Notes: generated by a model from the letters alone, not told the origin. Positions 1-9,084 are shown, numbered from the stretch's first letter. The stretch: 64,000 nucleotides of DNA from Vicinamibacteria bacterium (GCA_965246965.1 CBDFGD010000001.1:12503-76502), one strand, 5' to 3'. Translations and numbers: made by a program.

Positions 1-1
1 C

Positions 2-1099
2 CTCGAAGAAGTCGAGGATTGCCTCGACGCGTTCGTCCGTGCCGAGGGGCGTCCGGAGGTCGTGCAGTTCTCTGGTGGCGAGCCCACGATCCACCCTCAG
101 ACCGTCGAGATGCTGAGGGCCGCCAAAAAGCGCCCGATCCGCCACGTGATGATCAACACGAACGGCAAGCGGATTGCCACGGACGACGCCTTCCTGGACC
201 AGCTCGCCGAGCTGCGGCCGTCCATCTACTTCCAGTTCGACGGCTTCGAGGCGGAGACCTACCGGGTCATCAGGAACGAGCCCGAGATCCTGGACGAGAA
301 GCTGCGGGCGCTGGATCGGCTCGCCAGCATCGACCTGCCCACGGTGCTCGTGCCCGCCGTAGAGCGCGGCGTGAACGAGCACGAGGTGGGACGGATCGTG
401 CGTTTCGGTATCGACCACCCGGCCGTGCGAGGCATCAACTTCCAGCCCGCCTTCCACGCAGGCCGGCACGCGAGCCACGATCCCATGCAGCGCATGACCA
501 TCCCCGACATACTCGCGCTCGTCGCCGAGCAGACCGATGGCCTGTTCCAGGTGAGCGACTTCGTTCCCGTCCCTTGCTGCTTCCCGACGTGCAACTCCGT
601 CACTTACGCTTACGTCGACGGCGACCGGGTCGTGCCGTTGCCGCGCGTCGTGAACGTCTACGACTACCTCGACTACATCGCGAACAAGGCGGTACCCGAC
701 TTCAGCTCGGAGATCCGGCGAGCTCTCGAAGGGCTGTGGTCGTCGTCCGCGATGCCCGGCTCGGCGAAATCGGCAGAGGACTTCGCAGTCTCCTGCGCTG
801 CCTGCGGGCTGCCCGAAGCCGTGGACGCGGGCGAGCTGTCCCGTCGCATCTTCATGATCATGCTGCAGGACTTCATGGACCCGTGGACCTTCAACCAGAA
901 GAACCTCATGAAGTGCTGCAAGGAGTTCCTGCTCCCCGGAGCCGTTCAGGTGCCTTTCTGTGCCTACAACACCCTCGGCTACCGTGAGCAGGCGCGGGCT
1001 CAGCTGATGGCGCGCGAGACCGAGCGTCGCGAATCCCGGTCAACCGGAAACCGCTTCGTTCCGCAGCCGATCCGCTTCGAGATGGGTCGACGCCTGTGA
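2..1099 (+). CDS. radical SAM enzyme, C-terminal ~365 aa (5' end lies outside the window)
   Basis: The frame is open from nt 2 (LEEVEDCLDAFVRAEGRPEVVQFSGGEPT...). It has a typical radical-SAM core downstream of the cluster motif (FSGGEPTIHP, INTNG, FQFDG). The large C-terminal domain is Cys-rich (PVPCCFPTCNS, SCAACG, KCCKEF, PFCAYN). The ORF at 19..987 in another frame is a GC-shadow. Confidence 0.75.
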   Translation, partial: LEEVEDCLDAFVRAEGRPEVVQFSGGEPTIHPQTVEMLRAAKKRPIRHVMINTNGKRIATDDAFLDQLAELRPSIYFQFDGFEAETYRVIRNEPEILDEKLRALDRLASIDLPTVLVPAVERGVNEHEVGRIVRFGIDHPAVRGINFQPAFHAGRHASHDPMQRMTIPDILALVAEQTDGLFQVSDFVPVPCCFPTCNSVTYAYVDGDRVVPLPRVVNVYDYLDYIANKAVPDFSSEIRRALEGLWSSSAMPGSAKSAEDFAVSCAACGLPEAVDAGELSRRIFMIMLQDFMDPWTFNQKNLMKCCKEFLLPGAVQVPFCAYNTLGYREQARAQLMARETERRESRSTGNRFVPQPIRFEMGRRL

Positions 1100-1902
1100 G
1101 TCCCGAACCGGCGAGCGCTGCGGACGCGGACGTCAAGACCTGCTGCGCGCGACTCTACGAGAGCGAGGCCGCCACGCTCCTGCTCGGCGACTCGTTCCAT
1201 CCGGGTGGGGTGACGCTGACGGCCAGGCTCGGCGAGCTGCTCGATCTCGGGCCGTCGTCTCGGGTGATGGACGTCGCTTCGGGGCGCGGGACCAGTGCGC
1301 TGTTCCTGGCGGAGCGCTTTGGCTGCGAGGTGGTCGGCCTCGACTACGGGGAGCAGAACGTCGCCGAGGCCAACGAGAAGGCCCGAGCCGCGGGGCTCGA
1401 GGCGCGTCTGCGCTTCGTCCGGGGCGACGCTGAGGCGCTCGAGTTCGACGCCGGCAGCTTCGATGCGCTGATCTGCGAGTGCGCGTTCTGCACGCTTCCC
1501 GACAAGCCGGCCGCCGCCCGGGAGTTTCTCCGTGTCCTGAAAGCCGGCGGGCGTTTCGGGTTGAGCGACCTGACCCGCTCGGCGCAGCTGCCGTCAGAGC
1601 TGCGGTCGCTGCTGGCGTGGGTCGCCTGCGTCGCCGATGCCCGCCCCGTCGACGGGTACGTCTCACTCCTGAAAGAGGCTGGGTTTCGTGTCGAAGCGGT
1701 CGAGGCCCACGACGAGGCGCTCGCCGAGACCGTCGAGACCATTCGTACGCGCCTGCTCGGCTTCGAGCTCCTCACCGGGCTCGGCGCGGTGGCGGCGGCA
1801 GGAGTGGACGTCGCTGAGGCGAGGACGATGGCTCGCGTCGCGGCCGCCTCTATCCGCGAGCGGAAGCTCGGGTACTGCCTTGTCGTCGGCCGCAGGCCGT
1901 AG
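1096..1902 (+). CDS. class I SAM-dependent methyltransferase, ArsM-like (Cys-rich)
   Basis: The GTG start overlaps the upstream stop (GTGA at 1096-1099). SAM-binding motif VMDVASGRGTSA. Cysteines lie at ArsM-like positions (KTCCARLY, ICECAFC, WVACVADA), followed by YVSLLKEAGF. The family assignment is from memory of ArsM alignments. Confidence 0.7.
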   Translation: MSPEPASAADADVKTCCARLYESEAATLLLGDSFHPGGVTLTARLGELLDLGPSSRVMDVASGRGTSALFLAERFGCEVVGLDYGEQNVAEANEKARAAGLEARLRFVRGDAEALEFDAGSFDALICECAFCTLPDKPAAAREFLRVLKAGGRFGLSDLTRSAQLPSELRSLLAWVACVADARPVDGYVSLLKEAGFRVEAVEAHDEALAETVETIRTRLLGFELLTGLGAVAAAGVDVAEARTMARVAAASIRERKLGYCLVVGRRP

Positions 1903-1988
1903 CGAACCGACCTCGCGACGGCTCACCTGATGGCGCCCGCCTCGCTGTTTCTGCAGAAGAACGCATTTCAGACCCGGCCGCTTCGCAG

Positions 1989-3976
1989 CTACTTCGTGAC
2001 GCCGGACATCCGGAGGTCCCAATGCTGCGCGGCGCGGTCGACGATCTCCGACAGATCCCCCTTCAGCAGATGGCCTTCATCGATCAGCTCCATCCCCGCT
2101 AGCGCGACCAGGCCGAGGTACTGGGCCCGACCCTCGTAGCGTTCCTCGATCGAGAGACGTGGATCACCTTTCGCTTCGCGTTCCGCGCGAGTCACTGCGA
2201 AGGGCACGTAGAGTCCGCGGCCGGAGGTCGGATTGGAAGGGAACCAGCCCGTGTAAGTTGCCAGCGGCACGGCGAGGTCGGGCGATATGAGCCCGGCGAC
2301 CTCGTTGCCGCTGTCATCTACCTGCGGAACCAGGAACGGGTAGGCCGACCCGAATTCGGGGGGTTCCTTCGTGGTGATTCCTTTGGTAGCAAAGTCCGGG
2401 CCGTAGTCGCGCTGGTAGGCCACACTCACTTCGCTAGGCACGCGCACGCCGGGAATCTGTGGGAACTGCAGCTCATCGAGCTGCACCAGCGTGCCCTTCT
2501 CCAACGAGGCGTAGCGGCTGGGGGGCGGCGGTGTGTCGTCAGTGATCCACCGATCCATGCCAACCAGTAGCGCCCTCAAGAACCACGCGTAGTCGTTCGG
2601 ATTGGGCAGGTGCCCGTCGGCGGCCGCTGGCGGGAAGCGCGCGGGCCCGTGCTGTGTTCCGGCGAAATGGTAGATGCGCACGCTGTCCATGAGTGGCAGA
2701 TCCCGCTTGCCGTCCACCGTCGTGTGGGTCAGCGCTCCGATAGATCTCCAGTATTCCGTGGAGGAGTTCGTGTAGAAGACCTTCGGCATCGACTCGGGCG
2801 TCACACCTGAAAGGAGTCCGTCCTTCACGCCAGTCGCAGGATCGGTCTGGACGGTGTCGGAGAACGGGAAGATTCTGTCGGGGTAGTGGAGGGCCCCGCC
2901 GGGCGCCCTGGACGGCTGCGCGAACCGCTGATTGAAGCTTCCCCTGGCGCCGCCGCCGATATGGGCGATCACGCCGTCCAACACCTTTCTGTGCTGCTCG
3001 TCTTCATTGAAGCCGTTGTACAGATAGGTACGCAGCAAGCGTCCGCTCTGGGACGACCCGTAGCTGATGGCACGATCGATGGCACCAGGGGGGATGCCGA
3101 GCGCGTCCGTTGAGCCATATTTCAGCTGCGAGATCGTGTCGCGGATGGCCACGAGCCCCAACCCCGCGATCTGTGGATCCTGTGCGACGTACACCACCTC
3201 GTAGATGCGGCCGGGCTCGAAGCCCGAGTCGAGATAGACCATCGTCGGGTCCGGCACGGCACGACCGCCTTCCTCACGGGCGAATTGCCATCGCGCTCGG
3301 GGAATGACCGGTCGCTCGTCCATCGCTTTATCGCGGACCGTCATCACATTCCGCGGATCATCCGGATCCCTGCCTGGGTAGGGAACGTGAGCCCGGTCAG
3401 CGAGCGAGTGAGCAAACACCCTGTCTGTGACTACTAGATCGCTCCGTACCAGGCCTTCGATAGGCTCACCGTCGTTTGTCGCGATCGGCGGGTAGAAGCG
3501 CATGCGGCCCTCTTCGAGCGGCGAATCGTGCTGCCAGCCTACCCACAGCAGGGAGAATCCCCGACGCAGGAGAAAACCGTCGCCCATGTGAGCCTCGGAC
3601 AAGGGATCGAGCGACCCAGCCGCGCGATTGAACCGTCCGAGCATCCCCTTTCTTCCTCGATTGGACACTTCATAGAAGACCGCGCCGTTACCCGCCTCGA
3701 TGTCTTTGGGCTTGATCAGACAAAATCCGCCGAGAACTCCACCATGCCCGCGGCATTCGTCGGCGCATACTCTATGTCCGTGATGATCTGATTGACGCTG
3801 TTGTTCGGATCCACCTCGTAGTGGATCTTGCCGACGAGCCGCTCATAAGGCCCGGCCAGTCCATAAGATCGATCCTCGGCAACATCCCCTCGGACCTGGA
3901 CGTCAACGCGCACGACCTCCGCGGTTGCCAGGGAGGCAGCGAGACAAAGTAGAAGCGAAAGCGTCAACTTCTTCAT
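1989..3976 (-). pseudogene. secreted alpha/beta-hydrolase-like protein, split by a -1 frameshift
   Basis: ORF 3716..3976 gives a signal peptide (MKKLTLSLLLCLAASLATA...) and ends ...EFSADFV*. The 559-aa ORF frame (1989..3668) is open upstream and reads LIKPKDIEAGNGAVFYEVSNRGRKG straight after that stop. The junction lies at an A4/T4 run (3722-3725). There is a GSSQSG nucleophile-elbow-like motif. Confidence 0.7.
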
Positions 3977-4001
3977 CGGTTCTCTACTCCTTCTTCCGGG
4001 T

Positions 4002-4391
4002 TCATGCAGCGGAGAACGGTAGCCAGAGGCCGAACAGCACGAACAGGTAGGCGAGCCCGACGGCCACGGCGTAGCTGCTCGCCCAGTATACGAAGCGCGC
4101 GAGCGTCGCGGCCTCCGAGGTGTCGGTCGGTGTCCGCCACGCCAGGATGGCCGGCGGGAGAAGGACCAGCGTCCAGAAGGAGTAGAAGAGCATCGTCGCC
4201 GAACCCTCGAGGCCGCCAGGGCCGAGGATGGGCAGCGCGAAGCCGCTGGTCAGGGCCGGCAGGTGGGGAAGACGGTCACCGAATCGGTGATGGTAGGTGT
4301 AGGCGAGTTCCGTTCTCACGGCGAGGAAGATGGTGAGCTGCAGCGCGTAGGTCAGCACGATCACCAGAAAGACCTGGACTTTGTGTCTCAA
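4002..4391 (-). CDS. hypothetical multi-pass membrane protein
   Basis: 129-aa ORF with 3-4 hydrophobic segments (VFLVIVLTYALQLTIFLAV, LFYSFWTLVLLPPAILAW, VAVGLAYLFVLFGLWLPF). I recognise no family. Confidence 0.55.
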   Translation of the reverse strand: MRHKVQVFLVIVLTYALQLTIFLAVRTELAYTYHHRFGDRLPHLPALTSGFALPILGPGGLEGSATMLFYSFWTLVLLPPAILAWRTPTDTSEAATLARFVYWASSYAVAVGLAYLFVLFGLWLPFSAA

Positions 4392-4484
4392 CCGATCCTC
4401 CCGGAATCAGCTTGCAACCGACTATGGACGTTCTAGCCCGGGGCGGCGGATCTCTTTTTCAGACATGCCGAATGGACGAATAGA

Positions 4485-5366
4485 ATGACCCGAGTGTTTC
4501 TCGTTTCCGCGCTCGTCGAGGGGAGGGGACCTCGCCTTCGCCCGCTTCGGGCCGCGCTCTGCGCGGGATTCCTCGCGCCCGTCGCGTGCGGCGTCTCGGG
4601 TGGCGGCGAGACAGGGGCCCTTGCCGCCGAGCCGGCTCGCCCGGCGACCGCTGCTGTCTCGACCCAGTTCCGGGACTTCGCGATTCTGCGGGAGTTCCCT
4701 CACGATGCGTCTGCCTACACGCAGGGACTGTTCTTTCACGGCGGCTTCCTCGTCGAGGGGACCGGGCAGTACGGACAGTCTTCACTGCGGCGAGTGGAGC
4801 TGGAAACCGGCAAAGCGTTGCGGCAAGTCGATCTGCCGGAGAGCTACTTCGGCGAAGGCGTCGCCCGGCTCGATGGTCGCATCTACCAGCTGACGTGGCG
4901 CGCCCAGCGAGGCTTCGTCTATGGCGAGAACGACTTCGAGCTCGAAGGCCACTTCGAGTACGGGACCGAGGGGTGGGGTCTCACGACCGACGGGCAGCAA
5001 CTCATCATGAGCGACGGCACCGCGTCTCTCTACTTTCTCGATCCGCAGTCGTTCGAGGTGCTGCGCACGCTCCCTGTGTACAACGACCGGGGGCCCGTTC
5101 GGAGGTTGAACGAGCTGGAGTTCGTGGAGGGCGTCATCCTGGCCAACGTCTGGCAGCGCGAGGTGATCCTCGATATCTCGCCCGAGACGGGAGCCGTCAC
5201 GGCGGAGTTCGATTTCTCGGGGCTCGTCGCATACGAGGGAGCGGGGGGCCCGGACGCTGTCCTGAACGGAATCGCCTACGATCCCGTGATGAAGCGGCTC
5301 TTCGTTACCGGCAAGCTCTGGTCTCGCGTGTACGAGGTGGAGCTACGCCGCGAGCGCGAGCGCTAG
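4485..5366 (+). CDS. glutaminyl-peptide cyclotransferase (bacterial/plant-type glutamine cyclotransferase), lipoprotein
   Basis: Matches the family along its length: FPHDASAYTQGLFFHGGFLVEGTGQYGQSSLRRVELETG..., YQLTWRAQRGFVY, GWGLTTDG, LNELEFVEGVILANVWQ. N-terminal lipobox-like LAPVAC. Confidence 0.9.
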   Translation: MTRVFLVSALVEGRGPRLRPLRAALCAGFLAPVACGVSGGGETGALAAEPARPATAAVSTQFRDFAILREFPHDASAYTQGLFFHGGFLVEGTGQYGQSSLRRVELETGKALRQVDLPESYFGEGVARLDGRIYQLTWRAQRGFVYGENDFELEGHFEYGTEGWGLTTDGQQLIMSDGTASLYFLDPQSFEVLRTLPVYNDRGPVRRLNELEFVEGVILANVWQREVILDISPETGAVTAEFDFSGLVAYEGAGGPDAVLNGIAYDPVMKRLFVTGKLWSRVYEVELRRERER

Positions 5367-5373
5367 ATCGTCC

Positions 5374-5621
5374 ACTCGTCATCCCGAGCGTGATCTACGT
5401 TCTTACGTAGCGAGGGAGCCCGGCGTGATCGTCTCCTCGTCATCCTGAGCGAGCGCCGGCGAAGATGCCGAGTCGAAGGAGCCAGCGAGGTGAGATCGCT
5501 CCTCTGGTCTCGAGAGACGAGGAGCGGGCGGTTTCTTCGCTCCAGGCGGAGAACGAGCGGTCTCTCAGAATGACGCTGCCTTGGCCGTTCGCCGTGTCTC
5601 GGTGCCTCGTGGCTGCCGTCG
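5374..5621 (+). repeat. dispersed structured repeat, copy A (60-bp left-arm fragment 5374-5435 plus full unit 5436-5621)
   Basis: The full unit is about 90% identical to 27017..27203. Its ends are TCGTCATCCTGAGCG ... CTCAGAATGACGCTGCC, followed by the tail CCGTGTCTCGGTGCCTCGTGGCTGCCGTCGA. Confidence 0.8.
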
Positions 5622-5973
5622 ATCCCTCGGTCGCGCGCTCGACCGCACTCCCTCAAGATGAAGTCGGGGCTCGTGCGGTTCGTTTCTTGCGCGCCTTCGT
5701 CGACCGCTTCTTCTTTCTCTTCCTTTTCGAACCGGCGCCCGCGTGCGCGCCCGCCTCTTCCGCTCTCTCGCCGGTGCCGGTGCCCGCGAGCACGAGCAGC
5801 GGACCCATCGTGGCGCTAACTGCGGCTAGGAGTCTGCGCGGCAGTAGTTCAGCCCGGGTGTGTCATTGTGCCTTGTGACCCGAGAGATCATCTTGCCTGG
5901 GTTAAACGGCAGTAGTGGGCTCGCGGACGAGTGCTCGCGAGGGAGGACGGGCGGATCCAAGGCCGGGTGGTGG

Positions 5974-7003
5974 TCATACCCAGACCATCTTCTGATTGAG
6001 TCTCCTGAGGTTGAGCGCCAAGCAAACGAGATTCCACTCGGCGCTGGTTTTCTCAAGCCCTCGAAGGCTGAAGGATTGGAAACCAAGCACAGCCTTGATC
6101 CATCCGAATGGCGGTTCGCCGAGTTTGCGCCGCTTGTACCACTTGCGACCACGTTTCGTCTTGAGCTTCGCCTTCATGCGGAGCGTCGCTTCGAGCTTCG
6201 AATTCGACGTTGGTGGAGAGTCTTTCTTTTCTCTCCCCAGAGCCACGAAACCGTCGATTCCGGTACGTTCCAAGTGCAGTAGGTTCTTTTCGGAACGGTA
6301 GCCGGCATCGGCCAGGGCACGCTTGGGCTTCTCACCGGTGTTGGCTTGAGCCGTTTTCAGCATCGGCTCGAGCTGACCGACATCCGCAGCGTTGTTGGTC
6401 AACCCGGTCGCAACGATCAGCTGCGATTTCTCGTCGACGGCGGCTTGGGCATTGAAGCACTGCTGGTAGCCACTCGAATCCTTCATGATGCGGCTTTCGG
6501 GATCGGTGAAGTTGTCCTGCTTCTTGTCCGGAGGTACGCCAAATCTCCTTTTGAACTTTGACCCTCGCTTCGATTCCTTGTCATCCCCTGGCCGACGTCC
6601 GGCCTGCTGATCTTCTTCCTTCTGACGGGCCTCCAGACGTGCCTTCGCTGCTTGGATTTTCTTGAGCCGTGAATCTCGGCGCGCCAGCTCTTCTGGCAGT
6701 TCGTCGCCACGAAAATCAGGACCAAACTCGACGTCTTCCGCAGCATCTTCTTGTTTCGCAAGAGCGGTGATAGCCCGAATCTCTCGACGGAGCTGTTTCT
6801 CCGTTTTCTTCATACGCTCGTAGCTCATCGCCTTGTGCTTGCTGGCATTCGCCTTGACCTTCGTTCCATCCAGAATCAACGTCCCAAGCTTGACCAAACC
6901 CACTTCTTGAGCCAGACGCACGACTTGGACGAATACAGATCGAAACTGGGACAAATGGTCACAACGGAAATCACTGATCGTCCGGTGTGCCGGGAAATTG
7001 CCT
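5974..7003 (-). pseudogene. IS1182-family transposase, C-terminal (DDE) fragment
   Basis: Colinear with the copy-2 protein from ...GNFPAHRTISDFRCDHLSQ to ...NLRRLNQKMVWV. The first 26 aa of ORF 5974..7080 are read-through from the nested IS end. Confidence 0.8.
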
Positions 7004-7152
7004 TGTACCGCGCCCGGTTTCTTGGACACCAGTTTGACGATCTCGGGTTCGTTTGGCAGACGATCCCGAAAACGACGCACGAGGATGCCCCAGGATCGAC
7101 GCGGCGGGGTGAGTCCATACCTGGGGTAGCCCCTCTTTGATGACCTCGAGGT

Positions 7153-8046
7153 TCACGCGGCCTTTCCCTGGCCGTGCTGGTCGCGGGCCTCGCGCGGGGT
7201 GAGGAATCCCAGCTTCTCGACGCGCCACTGCTGGTTGTAGCGCTTGACGAAGGCAGCCACGGCCTGGCGCACCTCCTCGAGGGTGTGGAAGACGCGGCCA
7301 TGAATGATCTGTTCCTTGAGAGTCCGGATGAAACGCTCGGCCACTCCGTTGGTCTGCGGCTGTTCGACGAAGGCGAAGCTGGGCGTGATGCCCCAGAAAC
7401 GCAGCTGGTTGAGGAAGTGGTCCGAGAGGTACTGCGTCCCGTGGTCCATGCGCAGCTCGAGGCCACGAGCCACACCCGCCTCGACCGAGCCGAAGAGCTG
7501 CGTCAGCCCCATGGCGATGGGCTGGAGGGCCTCGTAGCGCGTCCCCTTCTTGCACACGTGGTAGCCGACGCACTCGCTGTTGAAGTGCTCGACGCCGACG
7601 AAGATCCAGCCCCAGCCGTCCTTTGCCGTGAGAACTCTCGCCCCGTCCGTCCCCCACATCAGGTTGGGCGCATCGGTTGTGATCGTCCCCTCGTGGAGCA
7701 GCCCCTCGCCCTGGCGTACCCGACGCGGCGACAGCAGGTGGTGCTCACGCATGATCCGCAGCACCCGCTTGCGCGACACGCGCACCTGGCGCAGCACCTT
7801 GAGCCGCGCCCAGACCTTGCGATGTCCTTCTCCTACGAACGGCGAGGCCGCCAGGTCCTCTCGGATCAGCCGCAACAGCTCCTCGTCAGACACCTTGGGC
7901 TTGGGACCACGTCGGCCAGCGCGGACCATCTCGGGAGCCGCCTCGCCGAGCTGGGAGTAGTAGCTCGAGCGGGCCAGCTTCCACACCCGGCACACCCGCT
8001 CCACCCCGTAGGCCCGGCCTGTCGCAGGGGAGATCGCCGCACTCAT
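7153..8046 (-). CDS. IS transposase OrfB (DDE rve integrase core)
   Basis: WGTDGARV..., RMDHGTQYLS, QTNGVAERFIRTLKEQ (D, D, E region). GHRKVWARLK...VSRKRVLRIMRE is typical of IS3/IS481 OrfB. Confidence 0.9.
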   Translation of the reverse strand: MSAAISPATGRAYGVERVCRVWKLARSSYYSQLGEAAPEMVRAGRRGPKPKVSDEELLRLIREDLAASPFVGEGHRKVWARLKVLRQVRVSRKRVLRIMREHHLLSPRRVRQGEGLLHEGTITTDAPNLMWGTDGARVLTAKDGWGWIFVGVEHFNSECVGYHVCKKGTRYEALQPIAMGLTQLFGSVEAGVARGLELRMDHGTQYLSDHFLNQLRFWGITPSFAFVEQPQTNGVAERFIRTLKEQIIHGRVFHTLEEVRQAVAAFVKRYNQQWRVEKLGFLTPREARDQHGQGKAA

Positions 8047-8456
8047 CGCCGCGACCTCCCGAAGGCCAAAGGGCGGGGCGCCCCGATCTTCTTCCGCAAC
8101 AGCTCGTTCTCCATGCTGAGCTCGCCCACCCGCTTGACCGCCGCGTCCAGCTCCACCTTCAGCGGGTCGCCATTGCGCTCCCGCAGCGACTCGTCGATCC
8201 CGGCCATGGCTTGATCACGCCAGCGCTGCAGCCGGTGCATCTCCACGGACAGCTCACGAGACAGCGCTTCGAGTGACTCCCCGCGCAGCAGCCGCAGTGC
8301 GACCTCCCGCTTGCGCGCCACGCTCCAACGCTGCCCGGGACCCAAGGCGCCCACCACCGCGCCGCCGGTGGGCGAAACTCCGGCCGCCCACCGGGCTCCC
8401 TCCGTCTCGCCCACTCCCTTCTTCCTCTCAGACCTCTTGCGCCTGACCTGCTTCAT
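8043..8456 (-). CDS. IS transposase OrfA (HTH plus leucine-zipper-like C-terminus)
   Basis: ATG at 8456 is preceded by AAGGAG. The protein contains RWSVARKREVALRLLRGESLEALSRELSV...LQRWRDQA and ...ELSMENELLRKKI. Its stop overlaps the orfB ATG (ATGA). The ORF track's TTG start at 8504 is also possible. Confidence 0.8.
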   Translation of the reverse strand: MKQVRRKRSERKKGVGETEGARWAAGVSPTGGAVVGALGPGQRWSVARKREVALRLLRGESLEALSRELSVEMHRLQRWRDQAMAGIDESLRERNGDPLKVELDAAVKRVGELSMENELLRKKIGAPRPLAFGRSRR

Positions 8457-8524
8457 CGATCGAGTCTCCTTGAACAAGATGACTTTCCCTAGTTTCGTGT
8501 CCAAGAAAACCGGGTCCGCTTTAC

Positions 8525-8845
8525 CGGGAAATTGCCTCCGCTCGAATAACGGTATGCGACATCCTCTTCCAGCTTCTTCGCGATCCCACGAGACGAAAAC
8601 GTCCCTGTCGCATAGCCGTAGATCAGAACCTTCAGCATCATTCGAGGATCGAATCGTCGGTTCCGACGTCCATCGCCCTCGTAGCGCTCGTAGAAAGCAC
8701 GCACATCCATCGCCTCCACCGTATCCGAGATGAAAAACGAAAGATGACCCTCCGGAAGCCAGTCTCGTGGATTCGACGGAAACAAACTCGATTGGTCAGG
8801 ACTGTACGGACGGAAACTCGTTCCCATAACTTCAAAAACGCTCAT
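8525..8845 (-). pseudogene. IS1182-family transposase, N-terminal (DUF772-like) fragment
   Basis: MSVFEVMGTSFRPYSPDQSSLFPSNPRDWLPEGHLSFFISD...YRY matches copy 2 except for 3 substitutions (Q18R, S101L, and 1 silent change). The reading frame then runs into the nested IS. Confidence 0.8.
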
Positions 8846-9084
8846 TCACCCGATTTCGTTCCTGCCGCGCAGACTCCTAGCCGGGCCGCGTTCAGGGCTG
8901 CCACCGGAGGCGGGGTCGTGCGGGGAGCGCGGCGTCGAGCTGCTCGGAGGGTGGTCATGGGCGCCGCGGAAGGCGTCTTGTATCAGGCGCGGACGGGCTC
9001 ATTTCTGGCTTGCGCCAGGGGCTTGCCTCTCCTAAACTCCGAGCGTAGCTAGTCGGCGTTGCATTTGGCGTATCAAGCAAGCAG

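Larger units (their letters stand above)
7004..8524 (-). mobile_element. IS3/IS481-like (rve integrase superfamily) insertion sequence nested in IS1182 copy 1
   Basis: Absent from the otherwise identical copy 2. Subterminal inverted repeats are CCCGGTTTCTTGGACAC (left) and GTGTCCAAGAAAACCGGG (right). It is flanked by a 13-bp direct repeat CGGGAAATTGCCT (6991-7003 and 8525-8537). orfB lies in the -1 frame relative to orfA. Confidence 0.8.
5825..8880 (-). mobile_element. IS1182-family insertion sequence, copy 1, interrupted by a nested IS
   Basis: Perfect 19-bp terminal inverted repeats CTAGGAGTCTGCGCGGCAG (5825-5843) and CTGCCGCGCAGACTCCTAG (8862-8880). The element is near-identical to 34747..36245. 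It is visibly less GC-rich than its flanks. Confidence 0.85.
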
